A stretch of 60,876 bases of DNA, counting the filler. It is 6 parts of 6 records of this genome, joined end to end, with 100 filler letters (N's around TTAATTAATTAA, not from the genome) between each part and the next. Parts side by side here need not be neighbours in the genome. Positions count along the whole stretch, not along the records: positions 1 to 14,152 come from SRR31147125_18249; 5 more parts are not named here. One strand, 5' to 3'. The position numbers were made by a program, and so were the translations under genes. This document shows positions 1-10,929 of this stretch, in pieces; positions within the stretch are counted from its first letter, which is position 1; every line of letters begins with the position of its first letter. Under the pieces are notes generated by a model. The model saw only the letters and a program-made list of their open reading frames with translations. It did not search any database and was not told where the DNA came from.

Positions 1-67
1 TATGTCGAGGATAAAATTTTCACGCGCAACACAGAGTTTGGGCCAAAAGACAATTTTTCAAGGTAAC

Positions 68-994
68 CTAGAGCGATAAACTGCCTAGAGACGCCTCTTC
101 AAGCAACCAGTTTCTGAAAGCGGCGATCCTGGGCGTCGATGCCTTCTCTTTCATTGATACAATATAGTAGGCCTGCTCAGAAGCAATACCTTTTCCGATC
201 GGTGAAACCAAACGACCAGAGTCAATATCCGATTGAATTAGCCGTCTTCTCCCTATTGCAACACCGAGCCCCTGGGAAGCTGCCGTCACAGCAGTCACAC
301 TGAGATCGAAGCTGCAACCGAATTTAAATGCAAAATCTGTTATCCCCATCTTCTCGAGCCAGAATTTCCATTCGGAATAGTATTGCGCATTGGGCCATGG
401 TTGACTGTCATGTATGAGAAGGCAGTGCTGCAAAAGCTCCGGCTTATCCCAGAGAAAGTACGTGTCAGCAAATTCTTTTGAGCAGACCGGAAGAAGCTGC
501 TCATCCATTAAAAATACGACATCGAGTTCGGGATGGATACCTCCTCCATAATAGAGGGCGACATCCACATTTTCCGTCTCAAAGTCTACGAGATCATTGC
601 GGCCCCGAACATGAATGGAGATGCCGGGATATCTCTGGGAAAATCTTTTCATTCGTGGAGCCAACCACTTACTCGAAAACGAAGGCGTGCTCGATACAAA
701 GAGACTGCCATCGATTTCCTGACTTCTGATGCTTCTGATCTGGGCCGAGATTTCTCCGAGTGAACCTTGCAGCGTGGCAGATAACAGTTCTCCTTCTTCA
801 GTAAGGGCGATTCGCCTTGTAAATCGATGGAAAAGTGCAAACCCCAGTTCCGTCTCGAGCTTCCTGATGTTTTGACTGACTGCACCCTGGGTAACAAAGA
901 GTTCTTCTGCTGCTTTCGTGAAGCTCAGGTGCCGGGCGGCACTGACAAAAACAGGCACCAGGGGAAGGATTTGCCGCAATGAGCTTGAGTCCAT
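68..994 (-). CDS. dsdC: LysR-family regulator, GcvA/DsdC-like
   Basis: N-terminal HTH SAARHLSFTKAAEELFVTQGAVSQNIRKLE and PRIAAFRNWL C-terminus typical of the GcvA/DsdC group. Divergent from D-serine dehydratase; the symbol rests on this context. Confidence 0.75.
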   Translation of the reverse strand: MDSSSLRQILPLVPVFVSAARHLSFTKAAEELFVTQGAVSQNIRKLETELGFALFHRFTRRIALTEEGELLSATLQGSLGEISAQIRSIRSQEIDGSLFVSSTPSFSSKWLAPRMKRFSQRYPGISIHVRGRNDLVDFETENVDVALYYGGGIHPELDVVFLMDEQLLPVCSKEFADTYFLWDKPELLQHCLLIHDSQPWPNAQYYSEWKFWLEKMGITDFAFKFGCSFDLSVTAVTAASQGLGVAIGRRRLIQSDIDSGRLVSPIGKGIASEQAYYIVSMKEKASTPRIAAFRNWLLEEASLGSLSL

Positions 995-996
995 GG

Positions 997-1011
997 ATTA
1001 TTTTCACTAAT
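997..1011. promoter_or_regulatory. LysR recognition site ATTA-N7-TAAT
   Basis: ATTAttttcacTAAT immediately upstream of the LysR start codon, in the divergent promoter region. Confidence 0.55.
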
Positions 1012-1193
1012 GTATTGCCGCTCATTACTCGCTTGTGCCCCAATGAGCGCAGTGCTAAGAAACTATAATACTACAATAAATACAAAAATTAATTTTCAGC
1101 CGGGACACACATGCAATCCCATGAATAAGGGAAGATAAACCATCGTGCTGTTTTTATCAAAGTCCTTGCACGCCAGAAAAGATTTGCGCCCAC

Positions 1194-2536
1194 ATGCTCT
1201 GCGATAAAACTATAAAAAAATTGACTGCTGAGTTTCCCCTGCTGGCAGACCTCATAGCAACAAAACCTGCACTGTGGCTCAACCAGAACCTCAAACCTTT
1301 TGATCAGGTGCAGCCAACTTTAAATCTGAACGATGCAGATGTTCAGGATGCCTCAGACAGGCTGGAACGCTTTCGACCATATATTGAACAAGTATTTCCC
1401 GAAACTGCGCCCAGTCGCGGCCGTATCGATTCTCCCCTTGTGAAAATTCCGGCAATGCAGAAAAGGATGGAGGGACTGTATGGACACGATATCCCTGGGA
1501 CATTGCTGGCAAAACTGGACAGCCATCTACCCATATCCGGCTCGATCAAGGCGCGAGGGGGATATACGAGGTCCTCAAATTTGCAGAGACGACCGCGATC
1601 GATCACGGGCTGCTCACACGTACCGATAATTATGCAAAGATAGATTCTGAAGAATTCCGCACATTGTTCCGCAACTATTCGATAATTGTCGGATCCACCG
1701 GAAATCTGGGATTAGGCATCGGCATCATGAGTGCGACACTGGGATTTCGCTCCACGGTCCATATGTCGTTCGATGCAAAAGAGTGGAAAAAAGACCTGCT
1801 GCGCGCCAAAGGCACAACGGTCATCGAGCATGCATCAGACTACAGCCTCGCGGTAGCCGAAGGTCGAAAGCAGGCCCAGGCCGATCCCACCTGTCATTTT
1901 GTCGATGATGAAAATTCCGCTGACCTTTTCCTGGGTTACGCCGTTGCTGCTGAAAGGTTACAAAAGCAATTTTCCAAACAAGCGGTTCGAGTTGACGACA
2001 CCCATCCGTTATGCGTCTACCTTCCCTGCGGTGTCGGCGGAGGACCCGGCGGGGTGACCTTTGGCCTGAAACTGGCTTTTGGTAACAATGTTCATTGCTT
2101 CTTTGCCGAGCCTACCCAATCACCCGCAATGATCCTGGGCCTGTCCACCGGACTCCACGATGGTATTTCCGCTCAGGATCTTGGCATTGAAAACAAGACC
2201 ATCGCCGACGGGCTCGCAGTGAGCAGACCGTCAGGCCTGGTAAGTCGTATCATGCAGCAGATATTGGACGGCGCATTCACCGTCCGGGACGATGAGATGT
2301 ACCGCCTCCTGGCTGTGCTGGCGAAATGCGAAAATATCCGCCTGGAGCCGTCGGCTCTCGCGGGCTTTTCCGGTGTCTCACGAGTCGTCCAGTCCTGGCC
2401 GGAATCAGGAATTACAGCCCCGCCCGAGAATGCGACCCACCTGGTCTGGGCGACAGGCGGCAGCATGGTACCAGACACCACCTGGAAAAAATATCATACG
2501 CAGGGAGCAAAACTACTCAGCGCAGAGAATTGTTAA
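1194..2536 (+). CDS. dsdA: D-serine ammonia-lyase (dehydratase), apparent frameshift at G5 run 1557-1561
   Basis: [49 protein letters not shown] and WATGG motifs. Adding one G restores [11 protein letters not shown] and joins the two ORFs. Confidence 0.92.
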
Positions 2537-2655
2537 TAATACTTGTTACTTGCTTATCAAAGGAGACATTTTGATCACTATTAGTTCAAGCTCGTTTCAG
2601 AAAAGATGGTTGTCACTATGTCATTACATGAACTGCACTTCACTTTTAGGAGGAA

Positions 2656-3729
2656 ATGATGAAACAACTCAAAAACATTAAATTCCTGACAACATTGATG
2701 CTTGCATCAATGTTCGTCTTCTCAGTCCCGGTTAGCAGTTTTTCTGCTGAATACGAATGGACGTTCAGCCAGCCGTGGACAAGGCCTGTTGCAAACGAGG
2801 TCATCAAGAAATTCGCCGCAGATATAGAAAAAGCAACAGACGGCAGGATAAAAGTTAAAGTATATTACGATGGCCTGCTTGGTAACCACGACGAAACATT
2901 TCACGGCATTCAGGATGGCAGCATTACGATGGGTATCCTGTCGCCATACGTGAACCTGGTTCCGGGTGGAATTCTCAACTGGATGCCCTGGACCATTTCA
3001 TCATGGGAAGCAGCCGAGATGGCTTTTGATCCCGAAGACGGGCCGCTCTATAAGATCTCCGAAGTAGCATACAATGAAGTTGGGATGCACGTGCTGTTTC
3101 ACGTCGGCCAGGGCGCGTATGGCCTTGGAAACACCGTTCGCCCCCTCCGCACAAAAGAAGACTTCAAAAACCTCAAAATGCGTGTATCAGGATCAACGTC
3201 ATTTGTCCGCACCCTGCAGAACATGGGTAAAGGCACGGGCATGACCGTTGTTACGCTGCCGTGGGCCGATCTGTACAATGCCCTGAGCCGTGGTGTCGTC
3301 GACGGTAACTGGACCATGTGGCCGTCCCTCGTTGATGAACGCCACTACGAAGTCCTGAAATACTATTCCGACCTCAACTTTGGGTGGGACAACCAAAATG
3401 TCGCCATCAACAAAGAAATCTGGACAGAGCTGCCTGAAGATCTGAAGGTCATCGTCAACAAAGTCGCCGCTGAAAACCAGGCATACTCGAACAAGCTACA
3501 CAGCGAATCAGAGGCCAAATACATTGCCAAAGTCGAGGAATCCGATTGCGAGATCGTCAGGTTGACCGATGAAGAACGGGCGGCTTTTCGCGAGAATTCG
3601 AACATGCCGGCTGTATGGAAAGAGCTGTGTGAACCCTGGCTGGAGAAGCATTTCCCCGGTCAGAATATGAGTGAGAAACTCCAGCAGCAGCTTGCCGATA
3701 TCGAACTGAAAGTATTGTCCCAACAATAG
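2656..3729 (+). CDS. dctP: TRAP transporter substrate-binding protein
   Basis: Signal peptide, EKATDGRIKVKVY, LKMR with the carboxylate-binding Arg, LYNALSRGVVDG. Followed by dctQ/dctM. Confidence 0.9.
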   Translation: MMKQLKNIKFLTTLMLASMFVFSVPVSSFSAEYEWTFSQPWTRPVANEVIKKFAADIEKATDGRIKVKVYYDGLLGNHDETFHGIQDGSITMGILSPYVNLVPGGILNWMPWTISSWEAAEMAFDPEDGPLYKISEVAYNEVGMHVLFHVGQGAYGLGNTVRPLRTKEDFKNLKMRVSGSTSFVRTLQNMGKGTGMTVVTLPWADLYNALSRGVVDGNWTMWPSLVDERHYEVLKYYSDLNFGWDNQNVAINKEIWTELPEDLKVIVNKVAAENQAYSNKLHSESEAKYIAKVEESDCEIVRLTDEERAAFRENSNMPAVWKELCEPWLEKHFPGQNMSEKLQQQLADIELKVLSQQ

Positions 3730-3760
3730 TTTACTACGTAGCCTCATACGCAATCTAACC

Positions 3761-3796
3761 TTCATGTCTCCCCGGCTTCAGCCCGGGGGATATGAA
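3761..3796 (+). terminator. Intercistronic stem-loop after dctP
   Basis: ttcatgtctccccgg...ccgggggatatgaa imperfect inverted repeat; no U tract. Confidence 0.5.
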
Positions 3797-3816
3797 CCTT
3801 GTTCAGAGATCGCCCT

Positions 3817-4377
3817 ATGAAAATCTGGTACCTAGCGCTGATACGCTTTATCGGCAGAATTGAAGATGTACTCTGCTTTTCAGGACTCATGATCTGTTCG
3901 TTTCTCATATTCTTCCAAGTCCTGAACAGATATCTCCTGCATTATGAAATCATGTGGATCGGAGACCTGGCTCTCTATATCTATGTGCCTCTGCTGTTTC
4001 TCACCATCGCCATGACTGCGAGAGAAAAAGGGCATACGACGGTTGACGTATTCGTCGACATGTTTTTCAAGAACAGACCGGATGCACTGCTCGTCTACCA
4101 GATAGGCATAAACATTCTGGTACTTGGGATTCTGCTTTACCTGCTGCCGCTGGGCCACAAGCTCTTCACCCATGCTCTCAAGTACCCGGAATACGGGACG
4201 CTGGTCACCTGGTTCAACACCAGCTGGCATCGGGAGATTCTCTATATCGTCCTGATCCTCTGCATCATCCATACCGTGCACCATCTGGGTGGGCAGATCC
4301 TGGACCTCTACAGAAAATTCAACCCTGCATCAGATCCTGAAATACACGCAGATCCCGCAAACCAGAGGAGCAAGTAA
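3817..4377 (+). CDS. dctQ: TRAP transporter small permease
   Basis: Four hydrophobic segments, QVLNRY and REKGHTTVD motifs. Confidence 0.85.
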   Translation: MKIWYLALIRFIGRIEDVLCFSGLMICSFLIFFQVLNRYLLHYEIMWIGDLALYIYVPLLFLTIAMTAREKGHTTVDVFVDMFFKNRPDALLVYQIGINILVLGILLYLLPLGHKLFTHALKYPEYGTLVTWFNTSWHREILYIVLILCIIHTVHHLGGQILDLYRKFNPASDPEIHADPANQRSK

Positions 4378-4381
4378 AACC

Positions 4382-5719
4382 ATGATGTTAGGAGCAGCTG
4401 TTACGGTAATCGCATTTCTGCTTGGGATCGTAGCGGGCATCCCCTTAGGCTGGCTGTTCATCGGCAGCACCTGCCTCGGGCTGTTTGTAATCGACCTCCC
4501 CGCAAACTTCATCATGGGGACCTTCTACCACTCCCTCAACAGCTATGTCCTCATGGCCATCGGCTTCTTTGTTTTTGCGGGGTCGTTGATTTCAGCAGGC
4601 GGACTGGCCGATCGAATTGTTGCCTTTTCCTATCTGCTGGTAGGAAAAATAAAGGGAGGGATGGTTCTGGTGGGAATCATAGCCACCCTCTTCATGAGTG
4701 CGCTCACCGGATCTTCAGTCCCCTGTATCTCCGCACTTATTCCTTTGCTCGTTCCGCGTCTGGAAAAATTCGGCTACAAGAAGGAATATACGACCGCCGT
4801 TTTGTGCAGCACCAGTTTCATGGGCTACCTGATCCCCCCCAGCGTGCCGGCAATGATATACTGCCTGGTGGCCCGCCAGTCAATTGCTGCCGTTTTCCTC
4901 TCAACGGTGCTTCCCGGCCTGCTCCTCGGGGTAGGATATGCGGTCCTGAATTTCTTTATCTGCCCGAAATATATCGACGCATCTCGCTCTACAATGGAGG
5001 AAGAAGAGCAGCTACCTCTTATTGAACATATGCAGAAGTTCGCTAAAGTAACCTGGGGGGCACTTCCTGCCCTGGGCTGCCCGATTGTCATCCTGGTAGG
5101 AATTTACGGGGGCATCTGCACTCCCAACGAAGCGGGAGCGCTTGCCGTTGTCTACTCCCTGGTCGTGGGTTTCTTCATCTATCGCCAACTAAACTGGAAG
5201 ACCCTTAACTCTGCAGTGTTCAGCACGCTGTTGTCAGTCGGTGTTATTGCCCTCCTCATCGCATCGGGATCCATCCTGAGCCGCTACCTAGTCAGACTGG
5301 GAGCCGCGCAGGTACTGGCCGATTCAATGCTCGGCCTCTTCGACACTACGGGCTTGATACTGCTCACCCTCAATATCTTTTTATTGATCATGGGGATGTT
5401 CGTGGAAGCCATCCCGATCTTGATTTTGAGCGTGCCCCTGGTTTTACCCCTCATGACGGATTTAGGGGTGAATCTCGTGCATCTCGGTGCGATCTTCATC
5501 GTCAATGTCGGCCTGGGCGTTATTACCCCACCTTTTGCGATGTCAATTTTTGTCGGGTCGCGTCTGTCAGGCAGCTCGTATCAGGAGCTCGTTCCGATCA
5601 TGCTTAGATACCTGTTCATCGTCGGCATCCCGATCCTGATTCTGACGACCTATTTTCCATTTTTATCCTGCTGGCTGCCGACACTCGTCCTGGGACCCAA
5701 GGCTGTGGGAGCCTGGTAA
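4382..5719 (+). CDS. dctM: TRAP transporter large permease
   Basis: Polytopic; LTGSS, GYLIPPSVP, CTPNEAG and GVITPPFA motifs. Start placed at ATG 4382. Confidence 0.9.
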   Translation: MMLGAAVTVIAFLLGIVAGIPLGWLFIGSTCLGLFVIDLPANFIMGTFYHSLNSYVLMAIGFFVFAGSLISAGGLADRIVAFSYLLVGKIKGGMVLVGIIATLFMSALTGSSVPCISALIPLLVPRLEKFGYKKEYTTAVLCSTSFMGYLIPPSVPAMIYCLVARQSIAAVFLSTVLPGLLLGVGYAVLNFFICPKYIDASRSTMEEEEQLPLIEHMQKFAKVTWGALPALGCPIVILVGIYGGICTPNEAGALAVVYSLVVGFFIYRQLNWKTLNSAVFSTLLSVGVIALLIASGSILSRYLVRLGAAQVLADSMLGLFDTTGLILLTLNIFLLIMGMFVEAIPILILSVPLVLPLMTDLGVNLVHLGAIFIVNVGLGVITPPFAMSIFVGSRLSGSSYQELVPIMLRYLFIVGIPILILTTYFPFLSCWLPTLVLGPKAVGAW

Positions 5720-5809
5720 TCACATAACATCATCGATAGTGTGCAACATGATCGAACCTGTACCCTTACAAGCCGCCTTGAAAAATTCGCTTCGGCGGAG
5801 GAGATAACA

Positions 5810-7414
5810 ATGTCAGTAGATGTTTTAATCGAGAATGCCCGCATAGTTGATGGAACAGGCACTCCCTGGTTCAAGGGAGACGTTGCGGTAAGCGGTAGAA
5901 AAATCGTAGCCCTTGGCCCTCCGGGCACACTTGCTCAATCCACAAACCCGAAGAAAATTATCAAAGCCCGGGATCGCTATCTCATGCCAGGCTTCATAGA
6001 CATGCATACGCATTCTGACTTTATCAGTTTAAGTCAGCCGGAAGCAAAAAACAAATTGTGCCAGGGAGTCACCAGCCAGGGCATTGGCCAATGCGGCTAC
6101 AGTGCCGCCCCCATCCGGGAGGAGAATCTGGAAGCCCTTCACCAGTATGGTGGTTTCTTCATGGCCGGGGTAACACCCGAGTGGACATGGCGTAGCTTTG
6201 GACAATGGATGGACCATCTGGGCCAGCTGAACCTCGGTACCAATATTGCCAGCTTTGTCGGTCATGGAACGATCCGGATCGCGGCCATGGGGTTCGAGAA
6301 TCGCGAACCCTCCCAGGCCGAGATGGAAGACATGAAAGAAATGGTTCACGCCTGCATGGCGGAAGGTGCTGTCGGAATGACTTCCGGCCTCATCTACGCC
6401 CCGGGAATTTACAGTTCGACAGAAGAACTCTGCGAGCTTTCCACCGCAATGAGCGGATTCAACGGCCTCTACGAGAGCCACATGCGAAGTGAATCCGACA
6501 ACATGATTGCAGGTGTCCGGGAAACCATCGAAGTCGGACGGAAGGCTGGTATTCCCGTGCAGATCTCACACCACAAGGCTAGCGGAATGCATAACTGGGG
6601 GAAAGTCAAAGAAAGCCTGGCAATAGTTGATTCCGCCAGAAGCGAAGGACTCGACGTAACCGTCAACGTATACCCTTATGATGCCTGCAGTACCACTCTT
6701 CGTGCAATTCTCCCCGGCTGGGTGCAGGAAGGGGGGATGGATGCCTTGATTACCCGGCTTCTGGATGACTCCATACGCGAAAAGCTGAAACACGAGATCC
6801 TGGAGACAAACCCGGGTTGGGACAACTACTATATGCTCTGCGGCGGACAGCAGGGAGTTATCCTGCTGTTCTTTCCGGCAACTCCGGAGTATGAAGGAAA
6901 GACATTGCAGGAGGTAGCTGATATCGAGCACAAAGAGCCCCTGGATGCCGCTTTTGATTTGATAATAAAAAACCGCGGTACCGATACCTGTGCGTATACG
7001 GCAATGTCCCAGGACGATGTTGACTACATTCTCCAACATCCGGCCAGCGTTATTGTTTCAGACTCCATCCCAAGTCCGCCGGGGACGAAAGCACACCCGC
7101 GAGTTGCCAGCTCTTTCTGCCGCGTACTCGACGTGTATGTTCGACAACGAAACATACTCCCGCTGGAGACGGCAGTGCATAAAATGACCGCGTTTCCTGC
7201 ACGGCGAATGGGCTTCTACGACAGAGGCATCATTGCCCCGAATATGGCGGCGGATATGGTTCTGGTCGACATGGACAACATCCGCGACAAAGCCACCTTC
7301 ACACACACGGATGCCAGGCCGGAAGGCATTGACATGGTGATGGTCAATGGGTGCGTGAGTATCGATGAAGGGCAGTTCACCGGGAACTATGGCGGATCCG
7401 TATTGAAGCCATAG
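5810..7414 (+). CDS. N-acyl-D-amino-acid deacylase (D-aminoacylase family amidohydrolase)
   Basis: IVDGTG, PGFIDMHTHSD, GQCG, HMRSE, SHHK, HPR and PARRMG motifs. GGAGGAG RBS before ATG 5810. Confidence 0.88.
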   Translation: MSVDVLIENARIVDGTGTPWFKGDVAVSGRKIVALGPPGTLAQSTNPKKIIKARDRYLMPGFIDMHTHSDFISLSQPEAKNKLCQGVTSQGIGQCGYSAAPIREENLEALHQYGGFFMAGVTPEWTWRSFGQWMDHLGQLNLGTNIASFVGHGTIRIAAMGFENREPSQAEMEDMKEMVHACMAEGAVGMTSGLIYAPGIYSSTEELCELSTAMSGFNGLYESHMRSESDNMIAGVRETIEVGRKAGIPVQISHHKASGMHNWGKVKESLAIVDSARSEGLDVTVNVYPYDACSTTLRAILPGWVQEGGMDALITRLLDDSIREKLKHEILETNPGWDNYYMLCGGQQGVILLFFPATPEYEGKTLQEVADIEHKEPLDAAFDLIIKNRGTDTCAYTAMSQDDVDYILQHPASVIVSDSIPSPPGTKAHPRVASSFCRVLDVYVRQRNILPLETAVHKMTAFPARRMGFYDRGIIAPNMAADMVLVDMDNIRDKATFTHTDARPEGIDMVMVNGCVSIDEGQFTGNYGGSVLKP

Positions 7415-7454
7415 AACACAAACTGCCACACAAAAAAAGAGGAGTACAACACCC

Positions 7455-8651
7455 GTGCTGCACGAACGCTATAGAGAACTCACCGACCAGCTGGACCAAT
7501 CCTCTCTGACTGAATCCCTGAAAGAGATGGTCGCCATCAAGAGCGAGAATCCCTTTAATGAAGAGCCTCGACCCGGGTACCGCGAAAAGGAGATGGGAGA
7601 GTATCTCGCCGATACGATGTCCGGGCTTGGGCTGGAGGTATTCTCCAGGGACGTTGTCCCCGGCAGGCCCAACGTGTTCGGGACGCTGAAAGGAACGGGA
7701 GACGGCCCGACGCTGATGCTTGCCGGGCACATGGATACCGCACGAACGGATGGGTATGACGATGCCTACGAGGTACACGAAAAACAGGGGTTGATTTACG
7801 GTCGGGGCACCTGCGACATGAAAGCGGGTATTGCGGCCTATCTCGAGGTTGCACGCCTGCTCAAGGAATCCGGAATTACGCTGGCCGGCACGCTCATCCT
7901 CGCCGGTGTCGCCGATGAAGAGTTCCAGATGACTGGCAGCCAGGACATCGGGAGAAACGGCCCTGTAGCGGATCAGGGAATCATCGGGGAGCCGACAGAA
8001 CTCAGCATCTGTCCTGCCAACAAGGGCCGGGTCAGCACGTTTATCCGGACCTTTGGAAAAGCTGCCCATTCAAGTGTACCGGAAGAAGGAACCAACGCGA
8101 TCATCCACATGGCAGATGTTTTGCAGGAATTCTCAGACTACAATGAAACACTGCTGGCCCATAAGCCCCACCCCTTGTGCGGCCACGGAAGATTCAACCC
8201 TGGCGTCATTTCCGGCGGCGTTCAGGTGAATATGGTGCCTGACATGTGCACGCTTGAGGTGGATAGACGCACGCTGCCGGGAGAGACCAGAGAAGATGTT
8301 TATAAAGAGTTCACGCAGCGCCTGGATGCGCTGGCAGAGCGCACTGAAGACTTCAGATACGAGATAACCGAACCGTCGTGGCTCATCCCCCCCAACGACA
8401 TCTCACTGGCTGAACCAGTCGTGCAGTCGCTGCTCAAGGCCTATCAGGAGGTGAACGAACAGGTCACCGGCGCAGCGGCATTTGCAGCCGGATCCGATGC
8501 TCCGCACATGGGGTTCCCCACTGTTGTCTGCGGGCCAGGCTCCATCAACCAGGCTCACAGCACGTGTGAATTCGTCTCTGTAGACCAGCTGGCCAGGGCA
8601 ACCCGGATGTACCTCTGGACAAGCCTGGACCTCCTGGGCCTGGCGTCGTAA
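7455..8651 (+). CDS. M20 metallopeptidase, ArgE/DapE-like deacylase
   Basis: GHMDT, YGRGTCDMKAG, ADEE, GEPT, GKAAHSS and QAH metal-ligand motifs. Confidence 0.88.
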   Translation: MLHERYRELTDQLDQSSLTESLKEMVAIKSENPFNEEPRPGYREKEMGEYLADTMSGLGLEVFSRDVVPGRPNVFGTLKGTGDGPTLMLAGHMDTARTDGYDDAYEVHEKQGLIYGRGTCDMKAGIAAYLEVARLLKESGITLAGTLILAGVADEEFQMTGSQDIGRNGPVADQGIIGEPTELSICPANKGRVSTFIRTFGKAAHSSVPEEGTNAIIHMADVLQEFSDYNETLLAHKPHPLCGHGRFNPGVISGGVQVNMVPDMCTLEVDRRTLPGETREDVYKEFTQRLDALAERTEDFRYEITEPSWLIPPNDISLAEPVVQSLLKAYQEVNEQVTGAAAFAAGSDAPHMGFPTVVCGPGSINQAHSTCEFVSVDQLARATRMYLWTSLDLLGLAS

Positions 8652-8663
8652 GCGGGCAGCGCT

Positions 8664-10463
8664 TCACCCAGCTTGTTCCATCTCAAAATCCCTTAGTTTA
8701 CGATACAGAGACGGGAGGCTGATCCCGAGCTCCTGCGCCGCCAGTTTTTTCCCTTCCACCGACTGGTCAAATCCCGCCAGGGCATCCTTGATCAGCCGAA
8801 ACTCGTATTCCCTGACCTTCTCATTCAATGTCTGTTTCTGTTTCCTGGAAGCAGTCTGGTGAATAATGGTCGACGGCAGTGAGTTGGCCATGATGGTCGA
8901 CCGCGTTTCTATATTGACCGCATATTCAATCGCATTCTGCAACTCCCTGACATTTCCCGGCCAGTGGTAGGCACCCAGCAATTCCATCGACTCCTGATTA
9001 AACCCGTCGAAACATTTCCCCATCTTGTTGTTGTACTTTTCCAGGAAGAAATCGCAGAGCAGTGGAATATCCGGTTTCCTCTCCCTCAACGGCGGGGTGG
9101 AAATAGGGACCACATTGAGTCGGTAAAAAAGGTCTGACCTGAAAGACCCGGTTGCCACGAGCCGGTTCAAGTCCTGGTTCGTCGCGGCGATTATGCGGAC
9201 ATCGACCGACGATGGGCGCACACCTCCGACACGTTCCACCACTCCTTCCTGGATGACACGGAGAATCTTGACCTGCATGTGCAGCGGCATATCACCGATT
9301 TCATCAAGGAACAGCGTGCCTCCTTCCGCCATCTCGAATTTTCCCGGCTTTCCTCCCTTGCGCGCACCGGAGAAGGCCCCTTCGTCATAGCCGAACAATT
9401 CACTCTCGAGAAGCATTTCGGGTATTGCGGCACAATTGATGGCGATAAACGGACTCGCGTTTCTCCCGCTGTTTGAGTGGATCGCCCGGGCAAACAGCTC
9501 TTTGCCTGTTCCGCTCTCTCCCACGATCAGTGTCGTCGAGTCATTTTCGGAGACCTTAGCAGCCTGCTCTTTGGCGGTCCGTATCGCATCGCTTTGCCCC
9601 AGAATGTCATCGAAAACGGTTTCTGCGTGATACCCCGAAAATTCGTAGACGGTCGAACAGATATCTTCGAAATCGGAGATGCGCAACACCGCCCCCATCG
9701 GTGTCCCGCCAATGGTAATAGGGTTTGCGGATACCATGCAGTGGATGTTTCTGGGCTCTATCGTCTTTACTTCGCAGCGGGTAATCTTTTTCCCCTCACT
9801 GATAAGCTGATGCACCAGTTTTTCCGGTAAAAAACTGCGGAGATGCGTGTTGTTTTCATGCAACTGGTTCACTTCGAAAATGCCCCTTGCCTGACTATTT
9901 ATCTGAGTGATCATCCCGTTCCGGTCCACCGTCACTATTCCGGCATCTACGAAATCTATCGTCGTTTCAAGCTGCCGCTTCATCAGGGTCGTTCGTTCGA
10001 AACTTTTCTGTAAAAGGATCTCATCATAGATGAGATTCGTCATTTCGCTGATGAACTCCAGCAACACGCTGGTGTTGTCAAGGAGGCTCTCTTTCTGGGA
10101 TTGTGTATACGCAACGAGGAGAATGATGCCGTATCGCACGCCGTCTTTTTCAATGACTCGGATCACCTCAGCCGTTTCCGGGCACTTCCCCTCATACTTG
10201 CACCCGGTACAGAATTCGTGCATTCCCGGATTCGGGATAACCGCCACCCCCTTGCGATAGACGGATTTGACGAATTCCTTGTTCACATCGGTTCCCCGCG
10301 TCTCGAGGAATGTCTTACTGGTTGCGAACAGTTTGAAGTTGGTATCGATTATCGCGACCTCAACGCCGAGTACAGCAGCGATCGCGCTCACAATATGCTG
10401 AGCGGTATCCCGTATCTTTCTCAGATCGTCGAGAGGGTTGCCGCTGTTTTGAACACTGTTCAT
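8664..10463 (-). CDS. Sigma-54-dependent transcriptional activator (sensor/PAS-AAA+-HTH)
   Basis: GESGTGKE, ESELFG, GAFSGA, LFLDEIG and WPGNVREL motifs, C-terminal HTH, N-terminal CxxCx5C motif. Start at ATG 10463 with GGAGG RBS. Confidence 0.92.
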   Translation of the reverse strand: MNSVQNSGNPLDDLRKIRDTAQHIVSAIAAVLGVEVAIIDTNFKLFATSKTFLETRGTDVNKEFVKSVYRKGVAVIPNPGMHEFCTGCKYEGKCPETAEVIRVIEKDGVRYGIILLVAYTQSQKESLLDNTSVLLEFISEMTNLIYDEILLQKSFERTTLMKRQLETTIDFVDAGIVTVDRNGMITQINSQARGIFEVNQLHENNTHLRSFLPEKLVHQLISEGKKITRCEVKTIEPRNIHCMVSANPITIGGTPMGAVLRISDFEDICSTVYEFSGYHAETVFDDILGQSDAIRTAKEQAAKVSENDSTTLIVGESGTGKELFARAIHSNSGRNASPFIAINCAAIPEMLLESELFGYDEGAFSGARKGGKPGKFEMAEGGTLFLDEIGDMPLHMQVKILRVIQEGVVERVGGVRPSSVDVRIIAATNQDLNRLVATGSFRSDLFYRLNVVPISTPPLRERKPDIPLLCDFFLEKYNNKMGKCFDGFNQESMELLGAYHWPGNVRELQNAIEYAVNIETRSTIMANSLPSTIIHQTASRKQKQTLNEKVREYEFRLIKDALAGFDQSVEGKKLAAQELGISLPSLYRKLRDFEMEQAG

Positions 10464-10827
10464 CTGCCACCTCCGTATCAGGAACCAATCACTTATCAAC
10501 AACGATAAAGCAATGGTATTCCAGCAGAGGTATTTTTGTCAACCACACGAACATATCCCAAGATATTTCTCAAATATAATAAATCCGGAAATATTCTTTT
10601 TCATATTTGATATGAACCTCTCAAACCAGCGCATCTCTACCCCGCAAGAGATGAAGATGGAGATTCTGACGGAATTGTTTTTCACATTTAAGAAACGAAT
10701 CAACTCATAAACCGGCAGAAACCTCCAGCAAACCTCCCGTCGTTAAGCACCCAAGCATCTGTAATTATGTATATTTACCAGCTCAACCCAGAAAAAGTGC
10801 GACATTTTCTCACAAGAAATCAGATGC

Positions 10828-10843
10828 TGGCACCAATCTTGAT
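10828..10843 (+). promoter_or_regulatory. Sigma-54 -24/-12 promoter
   Basis: TGGCAC-caatc-TTGAT upstream of the SHMT-like gene, divergent from a sigma-54 activator. The -12 is GA rather than GC. Confidence 0.6.
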
Positions 10844-10929
10844 TAACAATTCCAACAGCAAAGAATTAAGCACGCATGTTCTTCACCGAGCTCAATCAAT
10901 CAAGGCAGCCTCAAAATTATGGAGTGACC

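Noticed and set aside
7377-8069. 230-aa antisense ORF and the many other short overlapping ORFs in the track
   Set aside because: They overlap well-supported genes and have no recognisable RBS or domains.
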